64,000 bases of DNA from Phoronis australis (lineage: Eukaryota > Animalia > Phoronida): positions 891,446 through 955,445 of the forward strand of contig NMRA01000092.1 of assembly GCA_002633005.1 (NCBI GenBank), written 5' to 3'. Position 1 is the first letter of the stretch; each line of letters begins with the position of its first letter. The notes under the pieces were generated by a model, which was not told the DNA's origin, did no database searches, and saw only the letters and a program-made list of their open reading frames with translations. Below are positions 24,313 through 37,253 of the stretch, piece by piece. Both the position numbers and the translations under genes were made by a program.

Positions 24313-24478
24313 CAGGGGCGGATCCAGGATTGTTTAAAATGGGGGGAGTTGGATCAAAGATTTTTCTAAAAAGAGGGTCCAAGTCAACAATTTGAAAATT
24401 CTAGATTTGATATCACTAAAATCAAGAGAAAAAGGGTGGGTCCAGACCCCTTTGACCCCCCAGGAACCAACGTGTCTG
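24313..24478. mobile_element. Related CAGGGGCGGATCCAG MITE with degenerate right end
   Basis: Left TIR is the inverse of the family right TIR, followed by G-tract and C-tract. Confidence 0.5.
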
Positions 24479-25740
24479 ATCCTAGTAGTGTAGCCAAGTG
24501 GTCACCAGTGTTTTCTCACCCAATTGACTTTCACTTGTAATCAAATGAAATGTTAAACCAGACAGTTCTTGGAGAATACCTTGCTGGGAAACATCTTCCA
24601 GGCAGAACTTACATGTGGTCAGTTGCATTAACTGATCAGAAGAGAACAGTGCCGACATTTTTAACCCCAAACAATGCATTGTTAATCCTGAACAAAGCAA
24701 TGTGACAAACGGCAAAATATGTAGGCATTCAGTCGTGAGGACACCTACACGTAGCAATGATATACCTGGTGGTTTCAGGAACTGTTGAAAGCAACCAATA
24801 GCCACTTACCAAAATGCCACAAATACTCTGATTAATCTGTGGCATTTAAACACAATGCTATGTGTGCAGGCACGATAAATCATTCCTTACCTTGACTCTG
24901 CTCACAGGGTGTTATCAGCCCTACCTTTTGAAGGTTAATCGTACAATGCAATTTTCTACCTCCAGAGAAAAAGAGTTCATTGGGGAGTAGCTATAGTTTA
25001 ACCAAGTACTTAAAAAGTGTCACAGTTAACAATTATAAACAAACAAATAAAAACTATCTTGGCATAAGGTACACATCCCCATCATGGTACACCTTAAAAT
25101 GAAAACTAAAGTACAACTCGTCACTCATAAGCACTTTTGCAATGTAATCTCTCCCGTTATTTCATGCACACAAGTCACACAAAATCAAGCCACTGTGACA
25201 TACAAGAAGTTAAAACTGTCACATACATGAATGATGGCCACATAGTAATTAGAAGGCACTATGTAACCATTCTTCCCTAACTGACCCGACGATACCTTTG
25301 CATAGTTTCAATCAGCTAACTGCCAATGAAAACAGTGAAATACGAGGTGGATGGAAGATCAACTGGATATTTCTTATTTAGATAACTTGCAAACGACAGA
25401 AATGTTGAGGTTTTTGTAGGCTAAAATTTGTTATGCACTTGGACAGGAAAAAAATAAAATCAATTGAAAGCAATAAAAGAGCATCGTTTTTGACTGCCAA
25501 AAATCAGAAATGAAATGATGTTCTACAAAACCATCTAGGAAATCCACAGACAGTCACAATTATTACAACTTTTGAGTTCTTCTTTGTAACTCGTAAAATA
25601 AATTTGTTTTCAACTTTGGGAGGAACAAAACAAGATAGATTTGAAGCAAATACATGAATAAAATCAAAACTGGCTTTTTGACAATATTCGAACGAAAACT
25701 TTAGTCTTACACAATGACCCTCAGAAATCTATGCAGACGG

Positions 25741-26361
25741 TCACAACACAGGTGTGTGAAATGCCACTTTCCCATCCAAACACCCAGACACAAACAGCGC
25801 ATGAGTTGGGGAATATTTGGTTGCCACACAGACATTGGAGTGACACACACTTGCCGTGACCTCATACATGGCTAACCCTATCCTCGACGGCTCCGGGGCG
25901 CAGTCACAAAGTTCCTGACACTGCGGATTGAATGCCAAAACGCGCACACCAAACCCAAATGGCGATATGACCAGCCGTCCATCACTGCTAAAGCAAAGCT
26001 CTTTAATGTAGCCATGACCAACATTCGGCTCCTCAATACAATACAAAAGTCTCGGTCGATTTTCGACTCCATTAGTAACGCTTGTCTGATTGTCAGATGA
26101 CGAGTGTTTTGGTAGTTCCGAGGTGATGGTATCTTCCTCAGAGCCATGATGCACATTAAACGCAACAAAATCATTATCTTCACTATCAGAGCTTGAGGAC
26201 TCTGGCAAAGAGACGAGGCTTTCAAGAGGTGTATCATGAAGGTTACTGTCCTGACTGTACTGTTGATCATCATCTTGACTACTGTCAGTAGTCTCAGTAG
26301 GGGGTGATGTGCTCTCTATATTAGACCACTCAGGTGACTGTATGTCATGCACGCAAGTCCA
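25741..26361 (-). CDS. DCAF10: DCAF10 last exon
   Basis: WTCVHDIQ, acidic insert, then LLYCIEEPNVGHGYIKELCFS...SGCLDGKVAFHTPVL*. Confidence 0.94.
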   Translation of the reverse strand, partial: WTCVHDIQSPEWSNIESTSPPTETTDSSQDDDQQYSQDSNLHDTPLESLVSLPESSSSDSEDNDFVAFNVHHGSEEDTITSELPKHSSSDNQTSVTNGVENRPRLLYCIEEPNVGHGYIKELCFSSDGRLVISPFGFGVRVLAFNPQCQELCDCAPEPSRIGLAMYEVTASVCHSNVCVATKYSPTHALFVSGCLDGKVAFHTPVL

Positions 26362-29300
26362 CTGGAATCAATCGCACACTAGAAAGTTAGACTGGTTGCA
26401 CAATAAAAATACAAATAAGTATTTTAAACTACGCATTTCATTATGAGTTATTTTATGAGACAAGGTTGCTGCAGAAAGTAAGTATTTTACAAACAAATTT
26501 TCCCTTAGACACCTACTTTGAGAACTATTAAAGAGAGACTCCGAGTTTCAAAGGAGGAGTGCGAACTAGTAGCAAAATCACCTAAGTAGTTGTGAGTGTA
26601 TATTACCAGTGCAACACTTAAGAGCTTCAATAAGCCTAAGCAACTAGGTTATAAACTCAAAAGCATTATGTGAAAGATACTATCCAGTGTTTATCCCAAT
26701 CAACGAACAGAAATCCTAAGAACTAATGGTATAAACAGTGAATGTGACATCAGATTAAGAGAGCATTGTTATTCAAAATTCCTCTCATGCCGGGACTCAG
26801 CATACAGAGTACGTACTGTAGGCGATCCCGGGAGGACGGCACATAGTGTAAGGTGGGTATAGGAGGACATGTCACAGGAATGGTGTCCATTTTTGTAATT
26901 TCGATGATACGATGGTACCCAGTTTTCAGAATGTTGGAGTAAGAATCGGTCATAAGTTTCAGCCGCACAGTAGGCATAACTCTGCAACCTGTAGTTCTCA
27001 CATGCACTGGCTTTGCTGGACTATTTTGTCAAGCAAGATTTTACAGGAAATTTGGAATATTCTGCCTCCAGATGTTTAGGAAACATTCACATGACTATAA
27101 ATATTCACAAACTCTAATTACAGAAATCTGCCTTTACAGAAAGCCACTCAAAAATTCACAACAGCAATACTCTGTTAAGTATCCTTTTGCAATCGCCTGG
27201 CTAGATGTCGTGTTGCGATTGTATCAGTCACTGAAATGACACTCGGCATTCAGGTTCCCAAGCAAAACGTCACAAGTCTAGATGCTGCTGTAATTTGTTG
27301 AGTCAAGTTAACAATGGCGTTATCTTAGGAGTGATTGTCAAAAAACAGAACAGCCAGCAAATATTGGGAACAGATTGCGTAAATAGACCTATTTTATGGT
27401 TATAGGCAGACGTATTATCGTTGGCTTCATTAGGCATTGCAACCGGCAAAGGTAAGGCTTGGAATCTCAAAAATGTAGACAAAATTATGCACCATCAAGT
27501 TTATATCCACACTGGTATGTCTGCAAACACTTACTTACAGATGGGTTACAAGTCTAGTATAAAGCACGATATAATGAACTTATGGGTGTGCATTTGAAGA
27601 GCTGCTATACATGGGTCACAATATTCATTTTTGGATGGCAGCCCCCACTCAAATTTATCAGAATCTGCTATGTAGGAAAGATAGAACTGAATGTAACTTG
27701 TGAAATGTATATCCAAATACAAGCCTGAAATCTGTCAAAATGTGAGACTTAAGCTTTTAAGCACTGCAGTGCCACCTACCTCAGTTTCCTCATCACTACT
27801 AATGTTCCTAGAGAGGGCGCACCAACCTTGTGGATGAATCTGTCAATCAGGGATTGAAAATATGACAACCATTCCGTTCAAATTAACAATAATTCTGTTC
27901 ACGTTTAGACACTCTGGAAAACAATACACTATTAGGCTGTTTATGCATGGGTAGACAATCACTACTATTTATGAACATAGCCTGACCTGACTTTAATGTA
28001 CACTCGCTAGAATTTCTGGTATATCTCTCGGTACTCCGACGAGCAAGAATAGAACAGATCACCAAGAAATATTACATAATGATAAATAAAACGAAGAGTA
28101 AATTATGAAAGAGGTCATACCTCACCTTTAGACAGAAACAGACAACACTAACAATGAATACAAACAGCCATGAAAACATGACAACTCATTGAAGATGAGA
28201 CATAACCAGTCTTTTGATACAGCCGTCTTATGTAGCATTTTGTTATGTCTCTTGGTGATCTACTTTGTTCTTGATCATCAGAGGACAAGCAAATGTACCG
28301 GGAGTTTAAGCGAGTATCCATTAAAGTAACAAGCAGATAGCACTGCTGAATTCAAGAGATTTTGCATTCAAGAGAGGTTGCAGCAAAACTTTTTCAACTT
28401 TGAAGAACAGATATTGTCAAATAAAAGTAGTACGAACCTGTAATGAGGAAATCCTTTCTGCATCATTCTTTTCAGGGAAGTCTGTGATCAGTTCAACGTG
28501 GTTACGTTTGATGTTTGACCTGTGTTGAAACGAGAACCACTGTCTTAACGGCTCACTTGTCATCAGTTGCAGATAAAACATGTTGGGCTTGAAGCCCAGC
28601 AAGTCACGTGCTAAATGTTCAAGGTCAAGGTCATGAATGACCAGCAAGTAGCCATCGCAGGTTGCGATGACCAACTGGTTGGAGTCGGGGGTCAGCTTGG
28701 ATCGCATCAGTCCCTGAGAGTGGAACACACGTTTGAATGTGGGTCGACCCTCGGCGTGATACCTGGAGGTGTAAGATGGTAAATGGGTAAATTCGGAAGA
28801 TTTCATCTACGAAAAAACTTACTCAGTGGCAACCCTGATGGTCATTTTTCAAATGCATTGTGGGACAGTTGTTGGCTCGTAAACATCCGCTGACATCTGG
28901 AAACATGGAAATTTGTTTAAACCTAGGTTGCATCCTGTCGATGTAAGAATTTAAGCGAGTAAAGCTGGTCACATGACAGGCTTTGCTTGTAATGCTAATC
29001 AGATGACAGGTTTTCCTTGTAACGCAGGGCGATATCCTGAAGTTGCACGTAATCATGCATTTTACTCGAGTTTCTTGATCATAGTGTGACCGGATAACAC
29101 GTGCCTCGAAAATCTTTCGAGCAAAAGATTTTCTAAAAACTTATGTATTCACTCAATGCATTTGCAGCTCACTAATTGTTGTCTAGTCATTCTTGAACTG
29201 TAAAACCATGTTGCAGGGAATCTGGGTTTTCAACACGGCAAGCTCAAATCAAAAGTGCTGTTTTCCGTCATAATGCTAACACGTTTGCAAGTTTTCTGTG

Positions 29301-32300
29301 ATGTCACCAGATGTTTGCAAGCCGACAACTGACCCACGATGCAATTGAAAAACCAAAAACAGAGCCATAGAAGAAATCATCTGACTTACAATGACTAAAC
29401 CATGTTCAACTTACATTAAGTCCATTTTGAAATTAATTAGAAGTGAACCACAGCAGACAGACTGAGATAACAATGGCACTATAAATTAAAGTAACATGAA
29501 TTTAAAATAAATGACACTAAAATTTACAAACTGCAAAATAATTGGTAATTCTTTTAGTCTTCTCAAGGTCAAAATAACAAGGCTTATAACCAAAAAGACT
29601 CTGGCCAATCAATTGTCTTATTACTAAGTTTCAACTAAAATAATTGACTCAAAACTCCAACACTTTTGTTGCTTAAGACACGTGACCATACAAAACTGGC
29701 CAACAGATGTGCTGCATGGAACACCGACAGTGAGGAATTATTTTAACTCACTTGTTTATGTCCCATGTGTAAATACTACCGTCAAAGCCAGAGGTCACTA
29801 GTAGGCCATCCTTGCTGGAGAACTCGATGTTCTTCACCCAGTTGGAGTGTCCACGCAGAATATTCACACTGGTGTTCATAAATCTCGAGTCCCACAAGCG
29901 AACTGTGGTGTCATCTGAACATGTGGCAAACGTCCTGTTGTCAAGGAACCTGAAATCAAAGCGCTAAGTTCAAAACTACAATAGAAATATTCATTTATTA
30001 AAGTGGCATGTTGCACAGAACAATACACATGATTCTTCACCACCAAACCGAACCTTGTAAGTCACTATATAGAGAAAATAAACATTGAAAAAATAGTATA
30101 CAAATTTAAATATCGTGAATTTAACAGGAATGTAAGCAAATTTTTTTCTTAAATGAACTGGACAAAAATATTGTAAATTTAATGATATCCAGATGCATCA
30201 TCAATGCCTGTTTCTAACAATCATCCATAATTTGTGAAGATATTGTTTAATATGTTATAACACTTTCATCTTTCTCATTGAAAAGTTTACACTGAATCTA
30301 CAATTGAGCTACTTCTCTGATATCCACAAAAAACAAGTTTTGATTCGTAAAATGGAGAGAATTTGTGTAATATACAATACTGGTCAAATTGAAAACGAGA
30401 TTCGTTTTATGTGTCACTGCCCTGTCCTTGGTGATGTGTGCACAGAAATTTGCAGATGAATATGACAGATGATGCCACTGACAGTAGTCAATGGCAATGG
30501 TCTTTGTGAATTGAAAAGTTTGGCAACATCAACTGTGCTAAGACCTGAATTTTTATCATTGTAAAGTTGTAAATAAATATAAACTGCATTCTGAGGCCAA
30601 GGCCTACAAACTTAGAAACCGTCCCATTTATGGAAATCTGAGTTGTGTGGTTGGAGTGACTAATAGGCTCAACTAGGCTGGGCACTTAATATTTTTCTTG
30701 CGAATCTTATACCTATAACTGTTTGAATTAATTGTACTTGTCACTATAATAAATAAATACAACGAGAGCGCTCGGAGGAGCGACACTTGGCGGAATTAAT
30801 CGAAAGACGACAATGGGGAGGACGACGACAATCATGACGATCAAGGCGGCAATAATGAATAACACGGTAACATTCATGTGACTAGCGAAGAAATCAAATA
30901 GAGAGCATATAATGAACTACAATAAAGAACAATAGATAGCGCAACATGACGGACGAGCCATGCTTTGTTCCCGCAATCCAAAATAGGTGGCACTATGTGA
31001 CAGTCTGCAGAGCAAAGTTATGTTTACAATAGTATTTCGCCTGGAATTCCAGTCTACAGTACGACAGTGCTACCTGGGTCAGTCGGGGTCACAACTCTCT
31101 GTTAACTTGTGCAGACATAACCAAAACAAAGTGAACTGAAAGCCAGCCAGCTGCGTGCATACGTGACCGAAGGAACAACGGTATCCGAAAATCTCGAATA
31201 ATTCAAAAAGTAGACGTCGTAGCGCAAAATGGAAATTGTCATCTGAAAGCCCGTTCAAAACTCTATCTCAAGTGGTAGTTTGTCAAGCACGATAACATTC
31301 ATGTGACTAGCGAAGAAATCAAATAGAGAGCATACAATCAACTACAATAAAGAACAATAGATGGCGCAACATGACGGACGAGCAATGCTTTACAGTAGGA
31401 CAGTGCTGGCTGGGTCAGTCTGGGTCAACTAGGCATAACCAAAACAAAGTGAACTGAAAGCCAGCCACCTGCGCGCTTGCATAGGAACAACGGTATCCAA
31501 AAATCTTGAATAATTCAAAAAGTAGACGTCGTAGCGCAAAATGGAAAATATCTTCTGAAAGCCTGTTCAAATCTCTATCTAAAGTGGTAGTTTGGCAAAA
31601 ATCCAAAAATTTTTCGAGAAAATTGAAAATTTGCCGTTTTTTTGAAATTCAAAGTCAAATAACTCGAAAACGGTAAGTCTGAGAAATACGCTCTCGCAGA
31701 CTTTTTGAAAGGCCATACTTCAAGGAATCCACATGCAAAAATTCACGTCATTTGCTCTTCCCATAAAAAATGCGACAGCAGAGCGATTGAAACCGTGTGA
31801 ACATGCCCCACAGCCGCCATCTTGAAGGTGACTTCCGGTTCAATAATTTTTTATAAAAGCTTATTAAACTCAACAAACACGTGACCAGTTTGAAAGTGAT
31901 TGGTTTGCAATTGCGCCCTCTACAGGAGAAAACGTTTTTAGCCCTATTTCGGGGTGCGCATGCGCCACGTCCAATATTTCCGCCATCTTTAACCGGAAGT
32001 CAACGATTTTCTGCACAATTGTAGCACATGCGTTCTAGTATATTTGTACCGATTTTCAGCCATGTAGGTCGAAAAATGCGGCCTCTACGAGTATTTGACT
32101 GTGAAATCGGATACAAAATGGCCGCCACGTCCGCCATTTTGAATCCGATCATGACCAAAAACAATAGCGTTCCAGTGATTCCCAATCTACATGTTGTGTG
32201 CAAATTTTGTGAAAGTCGGACGAAAATTGCGACCTGTAGAGAGCGAACAAACAAAAAAAAAAAAAACTTGCTGTCAGACCAACATACTTGGCGGAAAAAT

Positions 32301-34007
32301 TCCGCCAAGTAAATACAAATATAACAGACATTTCTAATAGAAAACATGAAACAGAATGAGAATATCATTCACACATTCACTCATTCACACGATATCCCCC
32401 TCATAAATTCATACGTAAATTACCAAATCTATGTTTCAATTAAACATTATTATTCAATTGATTAAATTTTTAGTTCATGAAATGGAAATTAGGCATCAAT
32501 CACTTCCGCAGCCATTTTTGTTGCAGTACACCATTACAAGCTGCATTACAAGTGAAGCTTGTAGTGCAGGTGGTGGCTCCCCCTGGTGTATGTGCATGTC
32601 TTGAAATGGCTGTAGTTTATGCACATTTGTTCCAATCTGATACTTTTTATTAATTAATACTCAATCTAATACATGTCAACATCATCCATTTTGTAATGGA
32701 CAAGCCAAGTTTCAATTACATAATAAAAAAATTGCTCCTTGATTTACTTCTGAATCGGTGTTTCACACATAGGCACACGTGCCTCATTTCGGCATAGGTG
32801 GAACATCACATAAAATCGCATGGGCGTAAATTTATGCACTTGAAACCCCAGCCATGGGGAGACAAGCATGGGGCGAACGTGAAATTTTTAGAAAAATAAA
32901 GAAAAATTTTCTTTAGAATCATCAAGTTTGACTAATTAGAATGCGTATGTCCAGTGGTCCTAATGCGATAATTTACGCAAATAAATTAAACCCAAAGTTG
33001 TCATTTACTAACTAAAGTGCTTCGAATGATAGAAATTTTACAACAGTTATTTGAAAACAGTGGTACACTACAGTTGCAACTTAAAATGTGGAGTTTTCAA
33101 AATACAAACTTTGATTGAGAACAATGACAAAATTCTATGTTTCCGTCATACTGTAAGCTAAAGTTGAAGAATCAACCTTCCCAGAAAGGTGAAGGCAGCA
33201 CCTCGGGTTCAGTCCAAACACACGACCCTACTTTACCTCACACAGTTGACACAATCTTGGTGAGCATTAAGTTTAGTGTGAATCAGCTGTCTGCTTAGAG
33301 GATCAAACATCAGGATTGTCTTTCTCTCACACGCAGCCACCAGTAGACGTCTGTAAGGAGCAATATACCATGTACTGTGAAAGGGGCCATGCAGAGCCAG
33401 AACAACAATTCAATCACATAAATACAGACCTTAAAAGGGAATTATAGCATTTTCTGACACCATTTATGGCCAATTTGGCACACCTTACTTCCTCTGAAAG
33501 ATATGAGCCTCTTAGTTGATTTCTGTGAATAAAAATTAATAAAAATAACCTTTGTTCAAACTAACTGAATTGTGTTCTGATTGGCCGAATCTCAGCTGCA
33601 TTAGTTTCAATACCATGACAGATATGAAGCAATAAAGTAAATGCTCGTGCTCAAGATCTGCACCATGGCTAACACCAAAAAATTTGAACATTCGCAACAG
33701 TGGTGAAAGTCTTTAAAAAAAGTAAGAAAATTACTACTTTGGTTATTATTTTCGTTGAAAAGAGAAATTTGTACAATGCATGATTAAACATCTGAAAAAT
33801 CAACAGGAAATAATGAACTCACCCATCATTGGAAAAATCAAAATTAAATATGCCACCATGGGTATTGGCGTCAGTTGAGGACGAATAGAAATGAAATGTT
33901 GAATACAAGTTGCGGTAGAAAAGGTCTTTTTCCTGACCACAGTTCCACATTCGAGAGCTGATTTCCCGATTGGACATCCATCTCCATGGAAACTGTTGCC
34001 ATGACAT
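25741..34007 (-). CDS. DCAF10: DDB1- and CUL4-associated factor 10 (WD40, WDR32). Exons 34007-33823, 33350-33237, 29949-29752, 28762-28438, 27839-27780, 26361-25741
   Basis: Phases are consistent; 1503 nt = 500 aa + TGA. Motifs HGGIFNFDFSNDG, AHQDCVNCVRFLDNRTFATCSDDTT, GHSNWVKNIE, LVTSGFDG, ISSLQIHPQGW and IEEPNVGHGYIKELCFSSDGRLVISPFGFGVR match DCAF10 as I recall it. Confidence 0.93.
27780..27839 (-). CDS. DCAF10: DCAF10 exon 5
   Basis: IHPQGWCALSRNISSDEETE; donor GAG|gtaggt. Confidence 0.92.
28438..28762 (-). CDS. DCAF10: DCAF10 exon 4
   Basis: GLMRSKLTPDSNQLVIATCDGYLLVIHDLDL...AERISSLQ; ctccag acceptor, CAG|gttcgt donor. Confidence 0.92.
29752..29949 (-). CDS. DCAF10: DCAF10 exon 3
   Basis: FLDNRTFATCSDDTTVRLWD...GHSNWVKNIE...LVTSGFDGSIYTWDIN; canonical splice sites. 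Confidence 0.95.
30761..32312 (-). mobile_element. HINE family B in a DCAF10 intron
   Basis: Terminal hairpin acttggcggaa/ttccgccaagt (32286-32310), second acttggcggaa at 30785-30795, GC-rich subterminal segment beside it, internal duplication (about 30868-31290 vs 31293-31597). Confidence 0.75.
33237..33350 (-). CDS. DCAF10: DCAF10 exon 2
   Basis: RLLVAACERKTILMFDPLSRQLIHTKLNAHQDCVNCV; canonical splice sites. Confidence 0.93.
33823..34007 (-). CDS. DCAF10: DCAF10 first coding exon
   Basis: MSWQQFPWRW...HGGIFNFDFSNDG; donor GG|gtgagt. The choice of start ATG is inferred. Confidence 0.82.
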
Positions 34008-34303
34008 CCTTATTACGCTGTTATCAAATATATGAAAAACCCTGTAACAAAATGTTGTGATGCCAATTATTAAACATGGCAATTTTCCAGCCTTAAATAT
34101 CAAGTATGTTGATAAAATGCTCAAACTTTAGTTCAATATAAAACAAGCTAATGATGAAGTTTATATTTATTGAGAAATTTGACATGATAACGTTACACAC
34201 CTGCACAGTGGAATGAGTATCCGGATTGACTGGTTGGCCAGTCTGGATACAGCTGTGTCCTTATCAGTTTGACAGTGGCAACCGAATGTTTACATAGTGC
34301 ATC

Positions 34304-34555
34304 GACACGTTCCAAGAAACGAACTTAACGTCATTTCGAACTTAAGTCTAAGATTTGTCTCAACCTCCAAACTTTGAAACTTCCACATCCAGTAAGTTTC
34401 ATCAAATTTAAGACAAAACTTAAGTCAAAACTTTATAAGTCAAACTTAAGATCATTTTTCTGGAACAAACTTAACACAAAATTAGTTTTATCTTAAAATT
34501 GCCTCAAATTTCAAGATTAGTTTTAGCTAAGTCAGTTTGCTTGGAACGGGCCCTA
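34304..34555. mobile_element. Palindromic MITE (Harbinger-like end ...GGAACGGGCCC) with aacttaag subrepeats
   Basis: cgttccaagaaacgaactta vs inverse cgttccaagcaaactgactta. Confidence 0.55.
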
Positions 34556-37018
34556 GCTCTCTTATTGTCTGCTTACATCTGATAACCTCACGTAATCCAG
34601 CAATTATGTTGTAAACAGTGGGCCTGACACCAACCGATATTTAAAAAGACTATTTGCAAATGACTTTCAACACATGTCATGAAGCAGATGTGTTTTGCTT
34701 GAAATACTCTTACCAAAAAACTGCGAATGTAGAAAAATGGTGGACTTTCAGAGAAATTAGACTAAACTTTCACCTGCTGATTCCTTTGTGTGACTGTAAG
34801 CTCTGACCACCTTAACGACAGTATTGTGTACCAACTCAAAAGGCTTGTGTGACAAGTTTAATCAAGCACGACTCTAGATTAGATTATGACAGTGGAAATT
34901 TCTTGATTTTTACACTCCAGGAGAACAGTACCTTATGGAATTCAGACTCTGCCATCTTGTCTGCTAAATTAAAGAGCATAGCCTACTATTCTGGTCAAAT
35001 AGGAGACTTTATATCCACCAGGTGGCACTAATGAGCAAAGGCCGTTCTTTCACCACTTGAGTAGACTGGGAGCAGAAGGCAGTGCATTGCCTATGGGATA
35101 ACAGTTCCAGGTGACTACTAGACTGCAAGCATCTATACACAGGCCTATAGGAAGGCAAAAATTATTGGGGGGTACAAACCATTTCGACTACCCTCCCCGT
35201 CGCCAACACCACCCTCCCTCATCCTGCCCCCCACCCTCCCAGCCCCGCGCTCCCGATACCACATATTTGTACGGAATCTCCACTTCCGCCCTAGGTGGGG
35301 AACAATCCTGGGGACTGCAGCCATCAAGATTTGAGTAAACGTGAACCGACACGGAGAGTTATAACAAGCCTAGGACCAGACCGGTAGCAAGCAGCCTGAG
35401 GCTCCTGGAGCTGTATCAAAAAGCTACAGCAGTGTGAAAATACGGAACTCCCGATAAACTAAAGCTAGCTGCTGGTCAGCTCAGCCATGATTTACTTGAG
35501 ACAGGCAGCTCGTACCACCGTCTGCGCTGGCTTTGAGGTCAAGATGCGTTTTATTGTGACCCAGTTTCGGAAAAACTTTATTTTATTATGGTCATTCTTT
35601 GAAGGAGTTTTTTTTGAAAAGGTCAGGCCCTGAGGTCTGCGCCACTTCCCACATTACAAATGCTTTTTATGATGCTTGCAAACAGAAATGTTGAATATAA
35701 AAAGTATCGGCACAAACATTTTTAGGGGAAGGTGAAGATAATAAACACGTTTATTTTTACCTTGCCTTCCCAATGTCTTAAAATAAAAGAACAACCTTGT
35801 CACCATGACAACAGTATTTGAGTGAGGATCAAGCGTGCGCGGAAACAAGATCAAAGAGTAATATTCAGACTGGTAGGCCCAGCATCAAAAGTGTTTTGAG
35901 AACAAGTTACTGCCACTGAAAAGGCCTGTTATTCAGTGGGAGTAATTGGGTCTAAAAGCACTTTTAAAAAGGGACTATTATGGATCAAAGGGTACCAGCA
36001 AATACCACACCCACTCTCAGCCACCGTGTTGAGGGGTCCAGAGACCTAGATACACTTTTAGAATGTTGGTCTGTGTGTGATGCATAGGAATTATCTTTCC
36101 CCCAAGTCCAAGATTAGCTAAATAATAGCTAAAATGGCAATATCTGTTTCATAAACAATTGGTAATTTTTTATCAAGTTAAGTTTGTCGGCTGTGTCAAT
36201 GCGACACAGGTGTCAGCTATTCTGGCCCACTTCAAACAGTGTTACTGTCAATGCAAAATAGGACTTCCGAGATCTTCAAAAAAGGCACTATTAAAAAACT
36301 GAGCGACCTACTTAAAGTAACTTTCTTTGGGGTGGGTGACTTGGTTTTTGGCTTAGTTGCCAGGCTTTTGAGGCCAGGGATCTTGGATGTCCCTCCTCTT
36401 ATAGCGAACTTCGAGGGTTTAGCAGTGGGAATCGTAATTCCTGCGTACGCGGTATGATGTAGGTACCACAACACATACAAAGCGTACGTAGGCCTGAGCC
36501 TACTACGGTGGTCAAGGACAAGGACTTGCTGGACTGACGACCGCAAAATGAGCACGCGGGACTAAGCAATTGGTCTCAGGTAATCTCGGGGTATATAGGT
36601 CAGATATGCAATATCCAATTCGCTCTCCATATTACCCAACAGAGGTAGGGTGGTGTGACTTGTGCCCGTGTTCATAAGCTTGCTCTTTCTGCTTCGTCAA
36701 CATCAGCCATTACGAATCTCCACGACATCTGACGGACATCGGGTAAAACTAGTCGTCGGTGAGACTGGCGGAACTTGCTGCATGTCTGTGCGACGGTGAA
36801 CGTGGAATCTAGTGCTTATCTGATCACGCACAGCACGCTGGACACGAAGGCAATCATGGCACGAATGGGTGTAATGCACGAGGTCGAAAAATTGTTGCTG
36901 CGTTTAAGCGTACGTATTCGTAACTTAAAAAACTGCAGCTAGGGGTTCTCATTTAATAGCTCATTGTACAATCTTAGTACTTTAGTTTTGTGCTGACAGG
37001 TGCTGCACTGCTATGCCC

Positions 37019-37253
37019 CAGTGACAGATCTACGTTTTCAGTAAGGGGGGGAGGGTTAGGATTCGAGCGAATCCGAGGCTCATAACGCTGAGCGGACGGA
37101 AGGTCGGGAGGGGGTTTCCCCCCTCTCGTGTAAGATTTATTGTGTTTTTAGTAGCTCAAGTTATTTCGTTTTTCTGGCGAATATTTTTTCAATTTTTATT
37201 GTTGATCCCGTTCTGAGGGGGGGGGGGNNNNNNCCCCTGTAGATCCGCCTCTG
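37019..37253. mobile_element. Related CAGTG...GATCCGCCTCTG MITE
   Basis: TIRs cagtgacagatctac / gtagatccgcctctg; ctatgc occurs near both ends. Confidence 0.6.

Noticed and set aside
26750-27007. Intronic ORFs within DCAF10
   Set aside because: Exons 5 and 6 join in phase and match the family without them.
1304-34007. Functional cluster of two ubiquitin-related genes
   Set aside because: Adjacency in a metazoan genome is not evidence without conserved synteny, which cannot be tested here.
36232-36555. 107-aa Lys/Pro-rich - ORF
   Set aside because: No ATG start, recognisable domain or convincing splice sites.
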